DNA of 61,215 bases, filler included, from Perkinsus olseni (taxonomy: Eukaryota), in NCBI GenBank assembly GCA_013115125.1. It is 10 parts of 10 records of this genome, joined end to end, with 100 filler letters (N's around TTAATTAATTAA, not from the genome) between each part and the next. Parts side by side here need not be neighbours in the genome. Positions count along the whole stretch, not along the records: positions 12,325 to 18,371 come from JABANN010001135.1; positions 18,472 to 24,516 come from JABANN010001136.1; positions 24,617 to 30,660 come from JABANN010001137.1; 7 more parts are not named here. One strand, given 5' to 3'. The position numbers and the translations under genes were made by a program. A model generated the notes under the pieces. That model was given only the letters and a program-made list of their open reading frames with translations. It made no database searches and was not told the DNA's origin. The first letter of the stretch is position 1, and each line of letters starts with the position of its first letter. This document shows, piece after piece, positions 12,876-27,247 of this stretch.

Positions 12876-14030
12876 TTCATGCGCTGCCCTCCCGATTCCG
12901 CCCACTCCGGCTCTTCATTAGGTCTCGAAGTTCGTCTTGCAGATCGTCTAGTAGCTGCTCGTACTTCTCCAGGCGCCGCTTCTCCTTGCCAGCCTCAGAA
13001 GCCGACGCTCTCACCGGACCACAGGACTGCTCTCTACTAGTGCCGGGGAACGGTCGCCCTCGGCTATGAGGCCTATCATAAAGCTCATGATGAAATGAGA
13101 AAACACATTCTACCTGAATTTAGCTGCGGCCTTCGGGGTTAGTCGATGAACCTCCAGTTTGAGATGTTGGTTTTCGGTCTTCAACCGACGGAGCGATGCC
13201 CTCATTTGATCCATATAGCTTGGAACCCGCTCTCCACTGCGGCTAGGAGCGCCACCGACGCTACGCGACACGCCACCGCCTGACATAGCAGCAGCCAGGG
13301 CGACCTCGCCCGAATCGCTCAGAACACTCCCGGCCAATGCCGATCAAACTTGAACCCATTCGTTCATAGCAACTCCGCAGGAAGCCGCAAACGGATAACG
13401 ACTAACGCATGACAGACCTCAGTGAATCTAGCATCCGAGGGTCGTCGCGTGATTCGCCGATAGAGACAAGAGACATTCTTATCTCGACATTAATCGAAAG
13501 ACACGCACGGCGCCTACTGACCTCGAAGCCTCACCCCGGTTTCCTCCTCTCTTCTGCATAGTCAAGGTCATGACTGCCTTCTCCAAGCCATCCACCGCTG
13601 CCGTGAGAGACGTATCTTCTTGCCAGGACGAGCATCGAACTGAGCCGCTGGTGCCACTGCCCCATGCAACGAAGCCGTTCCTACTTCCAGCTAACGCGTT
13701 GAGGCTCCTCGTGAGTATCCGTATATCACATGCCGCTTCCTCCATCTCTCTGCGGCAGCTCTGCTCCGGCATGGATGACTGATACGTATTTTTATGGATC
13801 AGCAAATTCCCAACTGAGTCACCTCAGTCTCTTTCTTTCCAAGGGTCCGGTCTCGCGTGATACTCTGAAACCGAACCATGACACGTGCGCCGCCCGAATA
13901 ACCGGTGCCTGAGCTCACCCTAGAGTTCCCACTTTGCACAAGACGATGTAGCAATGCAACCGCGCTTTCACTCTCTCGCAAGATGTCCTCCAACCGGGCT
14001 GACAGCGATGATTGCGCCATCCAGTAATAG
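12876..14030 (-). CDS. Multi-exon hypothetical coiled-coil protein
   Basis: Exon peptides LEDILRESESAVALLHRLV, MDQMRASLRRLKTENQHLKLEV and RRLEKYEQLLDDLQDELRDLMK; boundaries approximate. Confidence 0.45.
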
Positions 14031-15931
14031 TATGGAACCCTATTGGGCCAAGAGAGTTCCTTTAGCCATCTTAAGGCCCCTAGAATGAGAAGTGATACCC
14101 GTACGCCACTGAATTTAGGCCTCACGAGAGGGCCTGTCGCACAAGACAACCCTGCTGATTGCTACGCAAGAACGTTCCGCTCCATTGGAGAAATACATCC
14201 CCATCCCCATCAGTGGTGCCCCATTGCTCAAGATGACTCAACTCAAATCGACAGACGTGGAGTAAGGTCTAGTAAACGTTCGTGTTGTTTCGATGAAACA
14301 CGAGAGGATCCAGCGAACAGCAGGTCACTTCTTGCTGACCAAGTTGCTCTTATTGGAAAGGTACGTTGCAGGGATCGTAGTAAGCACGAGGTCACCGACG
14401 TGTTGATCAGTACGCTGAAGGAGCACCAGCGAAAATACTCGCGAACGGTGCACCGCTCGCAATTTGCACACGAGACCACTACAGACTGTCAACTCACTAT
14501 CACAATCAGACGACGCCCCACGGACCGTGGGCCACGGTATTAGCAAGTGCGAGCAAATCGAAGCTCGGATGATGATGCACAACTATTAGCGGCGGGCTTC
14601 CTGTTGCTAGCTACAGGACTACAGGCCGATCCCAATGAGCAAAAACTTTCGTCCCGTGCTAGGCCCATGGCCACATAAGGAATACCGGTACTGAACTATT
14701 GCTACTATTAGAAGCGAATCTGCAACTGAGGTTCGTTCCGATCGATGCTTCATACACACGACGCAGTCTGTACTGGCATCTCTCACGCTACCTTCGCTGC
14801 AATGCGGTACTAGGGTGTGTGGAACCGAATTCGCGAGACGAAGCTCGCGATAGCGAACCACCACTTCCCGCCGGCCTGGTCTTCCCGTTGGGAGCATTAC
14901 CTCATCGGCCATATTCTCTATCCTCCATTGCTTGACGCACTCCCTCCGTAGTGCCTTCCATGGCATCTTCTTCCCCTCCTGCTTATCGAGGACATCTTCG
15001 ATGATCCTGTCTAATCTCCTCTTGCCAAGGACATCTCCTCGGACAAATCTGGAGCGAAAACCACCGTAATATTCTACCCCGAATATAAACTTGGGCGGCG
15101 CAAGTTCATGGCCGATTACAATGTTTCAAGCGGGTTTCCTTAACCCGGCTAGGAAAGGAGAGTCAGAGGGTCGTGACACTCGAGGTTTTAGAAAATCCGC
15201 GCTGTGGCCATAGGGCACACAATAGAAGGCGGGCAGGACACCCAATTCAGCCAACCCCCATGACTACCCTCGATAGAGACGGTTGTCAGGCATGTGCTGA
15301 TCCTCAAACCGCTTAGTCCGCAACACCGCAGTAGTGCCTGAGTACTCCACATGTCTTTTAGTATGTGGAAAGCACGGAGGACCTACCAGGAGTGCCCTTC
15401 ACTCTGCCTAGACCGCCTCGACGACCTCGTCTGCTCATCCCTTCGGATAGATGGTCATGTAGCGAGATTAGTCGTGAATCCTCCATGGAAAGTAGTAGAC
15501 AACTACAATCAATAACGCCTCGAATGTCGACCAGCACAAAACCATGTACGGGAAATTTAAGACTTTCGGGCTGTTCACTAAACCGTTCCTGGGAACGAAC
15601 TCGCGCTTGTCTATTGAACAGCCCGTTTGTTTATAAGGGCGGGTCAAGATCGAACCCTCCGCTCCGTGGTCTCGGATAGTTCTCTTGCCTATGCGCCACA
15701 ATCGGATGATTTTGGTGATACTATAATTTGCAACGGACTTCCGATCCGCTCGCTGGTATATCGAGGCCTCGGTGAGGTCACCCTATCCAGTAGGGTGGTC
15801 CTTCGGGGTCAATCCGCTCCTATCGGAGAAGAACATGTTCATTTCCGTGCTTCCCCTAGGTAATTCGTTGTAACTACGACTTCGGAGTGCGCTTCCGTAT
15901 ATGGGATGAGTTCTTGTCAATTTCGAGACGA

Positions 15932-15984
15932 AAAATAGCATTCCTTGGGATCGAACCCGAGACCTTTTTCACGGCGGCTGCGCG
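15932..15984 (-). pseudogene. 3' half of a tRNA-like sequence abutting the LTR
   Basis: Minus strand reads GGTCTCGGGTTCGATCCCAAGGAATGCTA then TTTTT (B-box plus terminator). Confidence 0.45.
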
Positions 15985-16333
15985 TGTGACGAACCAGTTT
16001 GTCCGCCGGAAGGAACTGTGTCTGTCTCCATGTTGAACACGACGCACAGGAGATAGAAGAGGTACAGATAGCAGATCAGATAATACGGAGCGGACGACCA
16101 GGGGGAGCTGACGATCAGAGGGAGCAGATCCAAGGGAGGATGGAAGAAAGAGAGAATAAAAAAGAAGGGCACTGAGAACGGTCGATACTGCGACTTACTA
16201 GCAGCGATCAATCACACGATGATTCGGTCAGACAATGCTGAAAGCTACTAGCGTTGAGCTTAGTTCAGCTCGGCCGTTTCACACAATGAAATATCTGGCG
16301 TGCGAGAACAGAACTGAGCCATCGCACGCCACA
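15985..16333 (-). mobile_element. Probable 3' LTR (349 bp) of the Ty3/Gypsy element
   Basis: Minus strand begins TGTGGCG directly after the purine tract GGGGAG (16334-16339) and ends CGTCACA (imperfect 7-bp terminal inverted repeat); lies about 100 nt downstream of the integrase stop. The second LTR is not in the contig. Confidence 0.6.
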
Positions 16334-16440
16334 CTCCCCGGGCCAAATAGACGACATATATTAAGGACTAATTAATCAAAAAGAGAAATGCATAGTATGC
16401 ATACATGCATTGCATACTCATCATATTCTCGTCATCATCA

Positions 16441-18291
16441 TCATATATCAAAAGAGTCCATCTTCGATACCATAGACCTTGTTGGGGGCATCCTCCAAGT
16501 GAATAGTTGAAGGGCGGAACTTCTAAGGTCGAAGACTCGGACCAAATCTGAACTCAGAGTAGTCGTCGGGAGGAAGCAGTCAGCCGCAGTGGCGATCGGG
16601 ACAGTGGAACCAGGATCGGCCACGTAGAGCTGAACGGTCAGAAGAGGGCCATCTAGCGCAAGTACCCTTCCGTACATAATATCGTGATGACCATCATCAT
16701 GAGACTCCACAAGGGCGATGTCCAGACCTAAGCGACTGCGAGCTTGACGACATTTCGAGTCCAGAGTCGGGTCAGCAGAATCGAGAGTAGAGGGAACGGT
16801 CGGAGTAGGGCCTTCTTCAGTAGGGACGGGTTCGGCGGGGGCTTCAGCATCCGAAAGGAGCATCGAACGGTGAGTAGGCGGCGGCAGAGCATTGTCGACA
16901 TCGGTCCCAACCTCGTCCTCGGCGGGGTCCTCAGTCGTTCTAGGAGCAGCGTCGCCGACGTCGACCTTACGACAGTTGCCCAGGTAAACCTTCTCCTCCA
17001 GACCGTTCTTGCCGTTGATAGTAACAATAGAATGGTCGACGGCCCTCACAGTATAGGGGCCTCGCCATCTCCAGAGCAGCTTCTTAGTCATCGGTTGCCA
17101 CACATAGACCGAGTCACCGGGGTTAACGTCAGGCATACCAGGCCGTCGTAGAGTTTCAAGACGGGTCTTCTCACGACGATCCACCCAACCGGACTTGAAC
17201 TGAGACCAACGCTGCTGACGGATGGCGTTGACGTCCTCATAGACATCCAAGGGCACAATAGGCGGGACAGAGCCAAGACCTGAGTACAACTTGTCACCAA
17301 GGGCAGGGTCCAGAGGTTCCATCTCAGGGATACGGGCCTTGTTGATGAAGTGCATGTCATGAGGAGAGAGACCACCATCGTTCTCGGAGTCGGTGTACGG
17401 ACACGTGTTGACCACGCGGAGTGCACGGTGAAAGGTCACAGTCCAGTCGTCCAGACCACCAGACTGTTGAGCCACAATGCGCATGTAGTTGTGAACCTCC
17501 TTGTGAACTCTCTCGCCGTGACCCATCAGGCTTGGGCAGTGAGAAGGCAACAGCACCAGGGAGATCTTGTGGACTTGGCACCAGTAGCGGAACTCGCTAG
17601 ACCTGAAGCACTGGTCGGAGGCAATGAGAACAGACACCCAATCAGAGCTGTCGAACAGGATACCGAGCGCCTGAGAGATCTCGGTCGAAGACTTCGTGCA
17701 AGTCGTAGTCCCACGAGTATAACCCGTCATCAAATCGGTCACAGTGACTCCGAAGTTCGGTCGGTTCTCGGGCAGGTGGCCTTGGAGACCTCGCAGACCG
17801 TGGGTATAGGGACCAGTGACGTCTACCGTAGCAACCCGGCCGATGCCCAGGCATCCTGCCCAGGGTACGGTAGAGCCGAGAGAGCACCGAGCGATGTGGT
17901 CAAACTTGCTCACTTGACAGGGGTGGCATTGGTCACAGACATGCTTCACGGTCGTCCTCATCTTACGCCAGAAGTAGGCCTTGCGGAGGAGGTTGAGAGT
18001 ACCACGACGACCACGGTGGGAGAACTCATGAGCAGCCTTTGCGAGCCGTACTTGAAGAGCGGCGTCTGGGACTAATACTTGAGCCAGCACCGAAGTCGCG
18101 GCGTCGGTGTCATCGGGGATGTCCACAGCCGTGACTCTGACAACCAAACCGTCGTCGTTGATCTTGTGGTACCTGTCCTTCTTGTCAATGACCGCTTGTC
18201 TGATAGCACTGACACGGTCGGACGCATCTTGTCCATCCCGAAGCATCTGAATGGTCACGAAGTCATCGAACACCTGGTCTTCAGCCTGCAC
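16441..18291 (-). mobile_element. Ty3/Gypsy LTR retrotransposon pol, integrase portion (5'-truncated by contig end)
   Basis: HHCC zinc finger (HEFSHRG...CDQCHPCQ), DDE core (VDVTGP, SDQCF, GERVH) and GPY/F motif (WRGPYTV). Confidence 0.93.
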
Positions 18292-18518
18292 GATGTTAAC
18301 TTGGTGGACGGAGGCCTCGCTCTATGCGGGGTACCTCACAAATGTAGCGGCCCGAGCGGGGAAGGACCCGCNNNNNNNNNNNNNNNNNNNNNNNNNNNNN
18401 NNNNNNNNNNNNNNNTTAATTAATTAANNNNNNNNNNNNNNNNNNNNNNNNNNNNNNNNNNNNNNNNNNNNCGATCGTCCCTTACGAACGTCGACGGCCG
18501 CTACGCAACCCGAACCGA

Positions 18519-21500
18519 GTGAAGACGGCTAAGTACACCTTCCTGACGTTCTTGCCTCTCAACCTGTGGCATCAGTTCCACGTCTTCGCCAACCTCTACT
18601 TCCTCTGCATGGCCGGCCTCCAGATGCTGCCGTGGATTTCTGACTCTGGCGGGCGGCCGTACATACTCTTGCCACTGGGCTTTGTCCTTGCTGTTACTGC
18701 CGTGAAAGATGGCTTAGAGGACTACAACCGTCACAAGGCCGATGCTGAGGAAAACAGCCGAGATGCCGCCCTGGTGGTCCCTGACGGAGAGACCTGTTCT
18801 ATAGTGCGATGGGAGTCCCTAAGAGTCGGGGACGTCATACGGCTGAGCAGAGGCGACCGTGTGCCGGCTGATGTGGTGATACTGGCCAGCAGTGATGACG
18901 ATGGCCAGGTCTTCGTCGGCACGGAGGACCTTGACGGCGAGACCTCGTTGAAGCCAAAGGCAGCGCTACCTGAAACCAATCGCCTTATTGTATCTGATGG
19001 AGATGCTGGGAATCTTAACTCGAAGCATGGCATTTGCAGAACTAGACTGAGGGTGTGCTACGAAGCTCCATGCGAGAGCCTCCATTCCTTTCATGGTGTA
19101 TTCCAAATCGAAGGATGCTCAGACGGTCTCCTACCCCTTTCGCTCGACCAAGTCATCTTCCGAGGCAGCACTGTGGAAACGACGTCCAAGCTCTGGGCTG
19201 TTGTCATTTATACAGGGCATGAGACCCGTATCCTCAGGAACGCTATGAAGCTGAAGCCACGTTATAAACTGTCCAAACTCATGCTCTGCTACAACAAGCA
19301 TATCATTTGCCTTTTTGCCATACAGTTTGCCCTCTGCACGATAACTGCTACGCTTCATCTATCGTTGTCGCTAGCCTTCCTGGAGAGACACTTCTACTTG
19401 CCCAAGTCCGATGCACTCAACGTCATCGAGGTCTTCGGGGCCCAGCTGCTGCAGCTCACCCAATTCGTCCCTATTAGTATCTTGGCTACCCTCGAGGTGG
19501 TGAAAGTGATTCAGTCCTTGCTGGTGGTAGATAGAGACCCCGAGATGCCTGGCTGCAAGACTAACACCTGCACGATCATGGAGGAACTCGGCTCCGTTCG
19601 TCACGTCTTTACGGACAAGACCGGCACTCTCACTGAGAACGTCATGCTGCTCAAGTCCTTGTGTATCGCTCGACCAGGCTTACCAGCAAGCCCATCCTCT
19701 CGGTTACTGGACAGCGTTTCGGCCGAGCCAGAGAGTAGCCTTCGGCGAACTCGTCCGACGGGCCTGTCTGACTTCTGGTCCCGGAGTATGCATGAGTCTG
19801 TGCCGCGGTGCCTCCAAGGTCACGTCGCCACGGACTTCCCCGCAGAGGAGCTTCGGACCGAGTGGGGCACAAAGACAAACGAGGGTCGGGTCCTGCTGCT
19901 TGCGATGGCGGTTTGCCACTCGGTCATGGCCCGACCTCAAGATTACTCTGCCGACCCCGTACTCGACGCGAGCTCTCCTGACGAGCTGGCCTTAGTGGCC
20001 GGCGCGGCCATGCTGGGCGTTGTGTTCTCCGATAGACCAGCATCGAATCAAGTGCGGCTGAGGGTTGAGCATACGTGGGCTGCTGATGTGCTCGGGTGTG
20101 CGGTGGGAGACGTGGACGTGACGGTCTTGATGGTCTTGCCCTTCGACAGCGACAGGAAGCGCATGAGCGTTGTCGTTGAGTTCCATGGCGAAACCCTATT
20201 GCTATGCAAGGGCGCTGATTCGGCAATGGTCGGGGCGGCTGCCGGCGACGGCGATGCAGCGAATCTTGAGTTGATGCGTGCAGTAGACAGCTACTCGGAA
20301 GCCGGTCTGCGGACCCTCGTGTTCGGCTGGAAGAAGTTCGATCCTAGAGAGCTCGAGGAGGTCCTCACTGAGTATCGTGACGCCTGTATAGCAGCCAGCC
20401 CTGAGCGTGTGAAAGAAGCCACTGAGGCACTCGAGTCTGGCTTGGAGCTAGTCGGCTGCTCCGGGGTCGAAGACATGCTGCAGCCCAGGGTCCCGGAGAC
20501 GCTGGCCGCCCTCAGAAACCACGGCGTGAAGGTCTGGATGCTCACCGGAGACAAGCTTGAAACGGCTGTGAACATCGGCCATAGCGCGGGCCTGTTTCCG
20601 GCAGATGGCAGCAGCATAGTCCTCGATACCACAGACGCGGCCGAGCTGAGCGAGATGCTTGACTTCCCGCGCCCTCTGCCGCCCTCCGTACAGGAATTCC
20701 CTCTTGTGGATGTGGCGCCGCAGAGGAGCGTTGTTGTGACTGGCGAGTCGCTGTCGATTATACTGACGAGTCGTCGACTTCAGGAGCTCCTTTTCGAAGC
20801 CCCTGTAGCCTTTGTGCTGGCGTGCCGGGTCACGCCTGCTCAGAAGACTGAGCTCGTCACAGCCGCCCGTGCCTTCTGTTCTGGACTGGTCTCTCGTGGG
20901 GAGGACCGAGTCCGAAGTAGCTCCCAGGGTGGAGCTGTCCTTGCTGTTGGTGATGGCGCTAACGATGTTGGTATGATCCAGGCGGCCGAGGTCGGTGTTG
21001 CCGTGGCCGGCTATGAAGGGGCCCAGGCTGTGCGTGCCAGTGACTTCGTCATTACTCGATTCCACCACCTAGAGCGCCTCTTGCTCCACCACGGTCCTGA
21101 ACTATTACGCAAGAACGCCTTTGTCGTGTACTATTCGGTTTTTAAGAACGCGGGTTTTTCTCTCCTACCATTCGTCTACGGAATCGTCTGCGCCTTCTCG
21201 GCTACTAACGTCTATCATGTGGTCCTCAAGCAGTTCTACAACACTTTTTTCACGGTCTTGCCAGTCGTGGCCTATGCAGTTTTCGACCATCAAGGCTGCT
21301 TAGCAGCCGGTCCTGGTCGGCCTCGTTTCGGAGCGTACAACCTGGCTGTGTGGACCCTGCGTGGGTTATGGTGCGCTTTCAGCTTCTGTCTAGGGTCATT
21401 GTTACCATTCACTGTCCTCTTCCATAGTCTCTCACCTGCTGGCATATACTCTGTGAAAGGCTATGCTGGTATGTCGACCGAAAGTCTCGGGCTCATGGCC

Positions 21501-21851
21501 ACTGCCAATTCGGTCATCTTCTTCAACGCAGCGATATACATTTGGTCGTCATCACGACCTAGCCACGTCCTCTACGCCATCGGTACTATGCTGTTCATAG
21601 TGGTATGGCTCTCAATGGACCAGTCTGTCTTCTCCTCCAGCGGACGGCTGTATCTGTGCTCGCCGATGGGCGTCGCTTCGATGCTTCTCTCGCTCTCCCT
21701 TGCTGGGTTATCGCTCTTCGTCGTTCTGGACTCGCGTTTGGCACGGTTCATGGCCGTGGAGGAGAGCATGGAGCTGCAAGAAGTGTCCAACAGGCGAGTG
21801 GCGGAGGGCGACGGAGCTACCTCGAGCGCGACAGCCGCCGCTCTGGAATGA
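18519..21851 (+). CDS. P4-type ATPase (phospholipid flippase), intronless, 5' end truncated
   Basis: TAKYTFLTFLP, DGETSLK, FVPIS, DKTGTLTEN, SPDELALV, KGADS, WMLTGDK, CRVTPAQK and GDGANDV motifs. Confidence 0.96.
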   Translation: MKTAKYTFLTFLPLNLWHQFHVFANLYFLCMAGLQMLPWISDSGGRPYILLPLGFVLAVTAVKDGLEDYNRHKADAEENSRDAALVVPDGETCSIVRWESLRVGDVIRLSRGDRVPADVVILASSDDDGQVFVGTEDLDGETSLKPKAALPETNRLIVSDGDAGNLNSKHGICRTRLRVCYEAPCESLHSFHGVFQIEGCSDGLLPLSLDQVIFRGSTVETTSKLWAVVIYTGHETRILRNAMKLKPRYKLSKLMLCYNKHIICLFAIQFALCTITATLHLSLSLAFLERHFYLPKSDALNVIEVFGAQLLQLTQFVPISILATLEVVKVIQSLLVVDRDPEMPGCKTNTCTIMEELGSVRHVFTDKTGTLTENVMLLKSLCIARPGLPASPSSRLLDSVSAEPESSLRRTRPTGLSDFWSRSMHESVPRCLQGHVATDFPAEELRTEWGTKTNEGRVLLLAMAVCHSVMARPQDYSADPVLDASSPDELALVAGAAMLGVVFSDRPASNQVRLRVEHTWAADVLGCAVGDVDVTVLMVLPFDSDRKRMSVVVEFHGETLLLCKGADSAMVGAAAGDGDAANLELMRAVDSYSEAGLRTLVFGWKKFDPRELEEVLTEYRDACIAASPERVKEATEALESGLELVGCSGVEDMLQPRVPETLAALRNHGVKVWMLTGDKLETAVNIGHSAGLFPADGSSIVLDTTDAAELSEMLDFPRPLPPSVQEFPLVDVAPQRSVVVTGESLSIILTSRRLQELLFEAPVAFVLACRVTPAQKTELVTAARAFCSGLVSRGEDRVRSSSQGGAVLAVGDGANDVGMIQAAEVGVAVAGYEGAQAVRASDFVITRFHHLERLLLHHGPELLRKNAFVVYYSVFKNAGFSLLPFVYGIVCAFSATNVYHVVLKQFYNTFFTVLPVVAYAVFDHQGCLAAGPGRPRFGAYNLAVWTLRGLWCAFSFCLGSLLPFTVLFHSLSPAGIYSVKGYAGMSTESLGLMATANSVIFFNAAIYIWSSSRPSHVLYAIGTMLFIVVWLSMDQSVFSSSGRLYLCSPMGVASMLLSLSLAGLSLFVVLDSRLARFMAVEESMELQEVSNRRVAEGDGATSSATAAALE

Positions 21852-22087
21852 TGACCTCTGTCGGCTATTCAACATGTTTATCTTTGATACCATTGGTTCA
21901 CTACAAGCATATATTTTTTTGCTCTTCGGATCCGAGTTTGGTCGTTAATGACTCGCGAGGCTATTGGGACGGGCCACCATCAAAGTTTCCTGCTGGTATA
22001 GGAAAGTGTCCCGTCTTGTTGAGGTAGAGGAGGGTCTCGGCTCCAGCTCACTCCCTTTGGCGAGTCTGGTTTTTCTTTGATCGCTTC

Positions 22088-24450
<2,363 letters not shown>

Positions 24451-24616
24451 TGGGCTGGCCTTGAGGGGGTACGGCGATCCCCGACCATCCCGCTAGCTGC
24501 CTGGTGCTAGTGGTTCNNNNNNNNNNNNNNNNNNNNNNNNNNNNNNNNNNNNNNNNNNNNTTAATTAATTAANNNNNNNNNNNNNNNNNNNNNNNNNNNN
24601 NNNNNNNNNNNNNNNN

Positions 24617-24918
24617 CATAGAAGCTAGAAGCCATAGAAGCATAGAAGCATAGAAGCTTNNNNNNNNNNNNNNNNNNNNNNNNNNNNNNNNNNNNNNNNN
24701 NNNNNNNNNNNNNNNNNNNNNNNNNNNNNNNNNNNNNNNNNNNNNNNNNNNNNNNNNNTAGAAGCATAGAAGCATAGAAGCATAGAAGCATAGAAGCATA
24801 GAAGCATAGAAGCATAGAAGCATAGAAGCATAGAAGCATACAAGCATACAAGCATACAAGCATACAAGCATACAAGCATACAAGCATACAGGCATACAGG
24901 CATACAAGCATACAAGCT
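24617..24918. repeat. 8-bp minisatellite (AGCATAGA)n switching to (AGCATACA)n
   Basis: Direct tandem array with an internal N gap. Confidence 0.95.
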
Positions 24919-25178
24919 TACAACATCTGATTATATTTCATCACTCATTTTAGGATAGAGACTACTTAATCATGTGAGAATGGCGCTGCGTTGCCGGTGG
25001 AGTAATCATCGAAGGATCGGATCCCTAGGATGCAGACCTGGATGATCAAGAAAACGTAGAGGCACAGAGGCTTTAACTAGTGCGGACCCGACCGTAGCTT
25101 CGCGAAGCGACACTTCTCAGCTTGTCTTTGGCGTACGCATCTTTCGACACATCCGGAACCACAGCGATCACACGGTGG

Positions 25179-25547
25179 GTCCCGGTCACCCTACGACGTT
25201 CAGCCTCGATGTTCAGCCATCAGCATCCCGGAGGCCTTTGCGAAAATAAGTCTGTCTGAGTGGGTGCAAGAGGGCCACGTGGAGGGCCACTCTCGATGCC
25301 GCCAACCGCAATCAAATGGCAGGAGGCGTATTGACTGACGAGGACCGTCAGAAAGTGTACGGTGGAGGTATCAGCTTGCTCATCGTTACGAGGTTTGTCC
25401 AGGTATCAGGTTGAGGATGCTATCAAGCGCCGGCTGCAGATCAGAGGTCGCAGGCCGAAGGCAGCCCTGCAAAGGGAACTCGAGAAAGACTTCGAACCCA
25501 AGCACGTGCAGCAGATGATAATACACTTTGATAATCGACACTGTTGA
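25179..25547 (+). pseudogene. MCM5-like 3' fragment (pseudogene)
   Basis: VPVTLR...IPEAFAKISLSEWVQEGHVE.(deletion)ATLDAA...DEDRQKV...VEDAIKRRLQI follows the MCM5 C-terminus (ITVRQLE...EEA.RLF..STLDAA...IKRR), with a deletion/frameshift and no upstream ATPase core. Confidence 0.6.
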
Positions 25548-25752
25548 ACGCCTTTTGTAAAAACCTACCTGACCCCCTCCGGAACATTTCCGTGACCCCT
25601 AAGATACAACCGTGCATTTCCGTACTGTTTCGAGGCACGCAACAATGCAATGGTCGCATGATGAAACATGAATGGGCCGCGTGGCTTGCGCTGTTATCCT
25701 CCTCCGCGGGCAAATGAATCTGAACTGACGACTCCGATACGAGCCGAGGTTA

Positions 25753-27247
25753 TTAGCAACTACCGTAATTATTGCGCGATCGATGTGGCGAACAGAGCTG
25801 TACCGCCTGAGAAGCACATGGCCTATCGGTAGGCCAGAACTTGAGCACGCTCATCAATACAGTTGAGACCGCTGTTGACCGCACTCTATCGTTGAGTATG
25901 GCTATGGTCTGATACGGAAAATTAACATAAACGTCATGGCTAAGGATCATGCCTGCTCTTCAGATCTCCTCCATTTGGGGAAGCGCTGACTGAAGAACTC
26001 GAATGTGTGTGTATTGGTAACCACTGGTGTGCCGATGAGTTGAAATATCTTAATGAGGGCCATCACTTCACAGTCGCTATGGAACAATGCTCGGTTGGTG
26101 CCTGAAGCATCGAACACCTCCCATGCTGCTCCTCGAGTCATGGAAACACATGATGTGTAACTCGCGAGTGCATCTCACAAAGTTCGTATATGACGGGCCC
26201 GGCACTCCAGATATCTACAGCGGGTCCGTACTCTTTCGCTCCGAGGAGGATCTCTGGTGCACGATACCATAGAGTCTGGATCTGATCAGCGAGGCTTTAC
26301 AAGGCGGGGAAGCTGATCGGCCAGTTGAACTGGCCCAGTTCATCTCACCTCCCTAGTGTATGCACGAACATCTGGTCGGAAGGTGCGGGCGAGCCCGAAA
26401 TCAGCTAGCTTCAAACCTGAGTGGACAGGTGCTCATGCAACCACTCAAGGGGAGGAGAAGCGGTGTAAAGAGGTTGGTTAGAAACCGACGGTTACACGCG
26501 GCATCGTCTTCCATGTTGCCTTTGATGAGAACATTCTGAGGCTTCACGTCACGGTGAGTGACACCTTGTTCATGACAGTAACGAAGCCCAGCGAATATTT
26601 GACGTCTGAGGTGGGGGTTTTACGGAATCGAACTGGTCGGCAATGGACGTCAAAAAATGGACTCTCACGCACGAGTATTCGAGTCGTCGTGAGTCGGCCG
26701 TGACTGCTCCATGCCGGGCGAGGTACTGTCGGAGGTCGCACTCACAAAGCTCGAAAGATATGCCCACGGAGTTTCCGCCGGACTCGTAGATGATGTCTCG
26801 AAGGCTGACCTACAGAAAGCAGGCACATGCCATCACAGACTCAATACATCATCACGATGCCACTAGCTCACAATATGACGATAAGCTCCGTCTCCTTCGC
26901 CGGCGTTACTCAGAACCTTCCGTATGGTACCGAGCTCTCTCAGCACGAGAAGAGGGCAGCCTTCGACCATCGGATCGAAAGTGACCTGTCATTAGAGGAG
27001 ACTTATGTGGGAATTGGCTCCGTCGGGCATCCCTCACTAGTTTTAACGCAACTCTAGACTTCGCGACCGTGTCGAAAGCGCGGTACCTGATGAGGACCCC
27101 GGCGGCTCGTTATTGCCAGTGGGCAATGGGACTGGTGAGGAAGGCCTACACTTTCCCATACGTGCCTTCGCCCAGAAGATCTCGCTGTTTGTTGTACATG
27201 AATCTGCTGGCATAAAACCTGTCGCCATCGAGTTGTGAGTTATTCAT
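25753..27247 (-). CDS. Cyclin-dependent kinase-like protein, multi-exon (start uncertain)
   Basis: [20 protein letters not shown] at the PSTAIRE position, [35 protein letters not shown] and IFQLIGTP. Confidence 0.9.

Noticed and set aside
17350-18075. Long ORFs antisense to the integrase, P4-ATPase and dehydrogenase genes
   Set aside because: Shadow ORFs of GC-rich coding sequence.
24561-24915. ORFs with repeated MLVCLYAC/MLLCFYAS peptides, and poly-L/N/Y/V ORFs elsewhere
   Set aside because: Translations of mini- and microsatellites.
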